Position numbers and translations under genes: made by a program. The notes under the pieces were generated by a model that worked only from the letters and a program-made list of their open reading frames with translations, did not search any database and had not been told where the DNA came from. This document shows positions 62,760-64,000 of a stretch of DNA of 64,000 nt, in pieces. Every line of letters starts with the position of its first letter. Positions within the stretch are counted from its first letter, which is position 1. The stretch is from Chrysomallon squamiferum (taxonomy: Eukaryota > Animalia > Mollusca). The stretch covers positions 29,326,001 through 29,390,000 of the forward strand of contig CM022679.1 of the NCBI GenBank assembly GCA_012295275.1. The letters are read 5' to 3'.

Positions 62760-63221
62760 TCAACCGGCGACAGTAAAATCAGTTTTAATAATAATAATAA
62801 TAATGATAATAGTAGAAGTAGTAGTTGTAGTAGCAGTAGTAGAAGTAGTAGTAGTAAATGTTCTTAGACGACACTTTTGAATGCAATCATTAAGCATCCT
62901 AAAAATATCAAATTTAAATTATTAAAATATTGTAATAATGAATATCGAATTTTAAATAAATAAATAATTTATTTTTATGACGAAAGCAATTTATTTTTTT
63001 ATTTTTTATTATTTTTTTATTTTTTATTATTTAAACAAAATAATTAAAACAAAATAAAGGAAAGAAAGAAAGGAAGAAGGAAACACAATTTCTTTTCGGA
63101 TTTACGATCATATCCAACTAAACAGTGATATTAGTCATCACCAACATCATAACCAACAATTAATTTATAAATATTCATTCAGCTGAAACGGTCACTTGTT
63201 AATAATTACTTGTAATAAGCG

Positions 63222-63318
<97 letters not shown>

Positions 63319-63396
63319 GAAACTAACTTATAGCTCACAGATACTCACAAATATTCTCTATATACAAATCGTACTTACCCATAAGTGTATCGACCA
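62760..63396 (-). CDS. 3' part of paralogous peptide gene D (5' exons outside the window)
   Basis: Exons 63396-63379 (GRYTYG) and 62898-62760 (MLNDCIQKCRLRTF plus Thr/Ile tail) at positions homologous to gene C exons, with intact splice sites. Confidence 0.65.
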
Positions 63397-63463
63397 CTTA
63401 AAAATAAAAATAAATATAAATGAAAAAAATATACATAAATAAATAAATAAATATATATACATA

Positions 63464-63704
63464 CAGGGTGGCCCAAAAGTAGGATTACAGTTATTACGTA
63501 GGCAGTTTGTTTTAAAATATAAGCACGTTTCAAGCATTAAACAGAATCTGTTTAATCTCTGAGGTGCTCAAAATGTAAGCAGCAAGGGAAAAGTGTAAAT
63601 CCAAGTTAGATCTGAAGAATATTTTATGTTAATTGTACTTAGCAAGTAACTTCAAGCATATAAACGATAGTTTAATAAATGTAAACTACTTTTGGGCCAT
63701 CCTG
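63464..63704. mobile_element. Tc1/mariner-type MITE (~240 bp)
   Basis: TIRs cagggtggcccaaaagtag ... ctacttttgggccatcctg, TA on the left flank; absent from the paralogous site near 59360. Confidence 0.88.
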
Positions 63705-63726
63705 TGTATATATATTTATATATAGC

Positions 63727-63727
<1 letters not shown>

Positions 63728-63800
<73 letters not shown>

Positions 63801-63820
63801 TGATAATGATAATGTTAATG

Positions 63821-63886
<66 letters not shown>

Positions 63887-63895
63887 GTAGTAACA
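63728..63895. repeat. (AAT)n microsatellite
   Basis: Direct inspection. Confidence 0.95.
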
Positions 63896-64000
63896 ATAAT
63901 AACATTAATTTCAGTAAATGAAAACCTCGTTACTGAAGTAAAACATTTTATCAGAGGAAAGGGACATATTGAAGTATATAAGACAGAAGAGTAATATCTG

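Larger units (their letters stand above)
62034..63990 (+). repeat. Segmental tandem duplication, copy 2 (pairs with 57483-59490)
   Basis: See copy 1; continues to the window edge. Confidence 0.93.

Overview
AT-rich, microsatellite-laden animal genomic DNA (invertebrate, probably a mollusc; inference from protein style and composition). Three conserved multi-exon genes could be reconstructed by hand with consistent splice phases: a complete type I fatty acid synthase (FASN, +, 28 coding exons, ~2547 aa), PICK1 (+, 10 exons, ~409 aa, plus a likely alternative first exon) and an unsplit BUB1/BUBR1 'MadBub' kinase (-, 24 exons, ~1228 aa). There is also an orphan secreted precursor with a frameshift in a repeat (34965-36234). 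Two things stand out. (1) Several intronic minisatellites are tandem amplifications of the adjacent splice junction itself (acceptor or donor plus the terminal exon bases), creating runs of 5 to ~49 junction copies, some frame-preserving, in PICK1 and BUB1. (2) A family of small secreted CxxxC peptide genes built from 18-33-nt micro-exons, largely missed by the ORF track, flanks BUB1: a head-to-head pair at 37.3-40.6 kb and a ~4.5-kb-period tandem array from 56.7 kb to beyond the window end. The array units show hypervariable mature-peptide exons and carry an inverted copy of the BUB1 5' end. Two Tc1/mariner-superfamily MITEs are present. All models are manual; no database searches or expression data were available.
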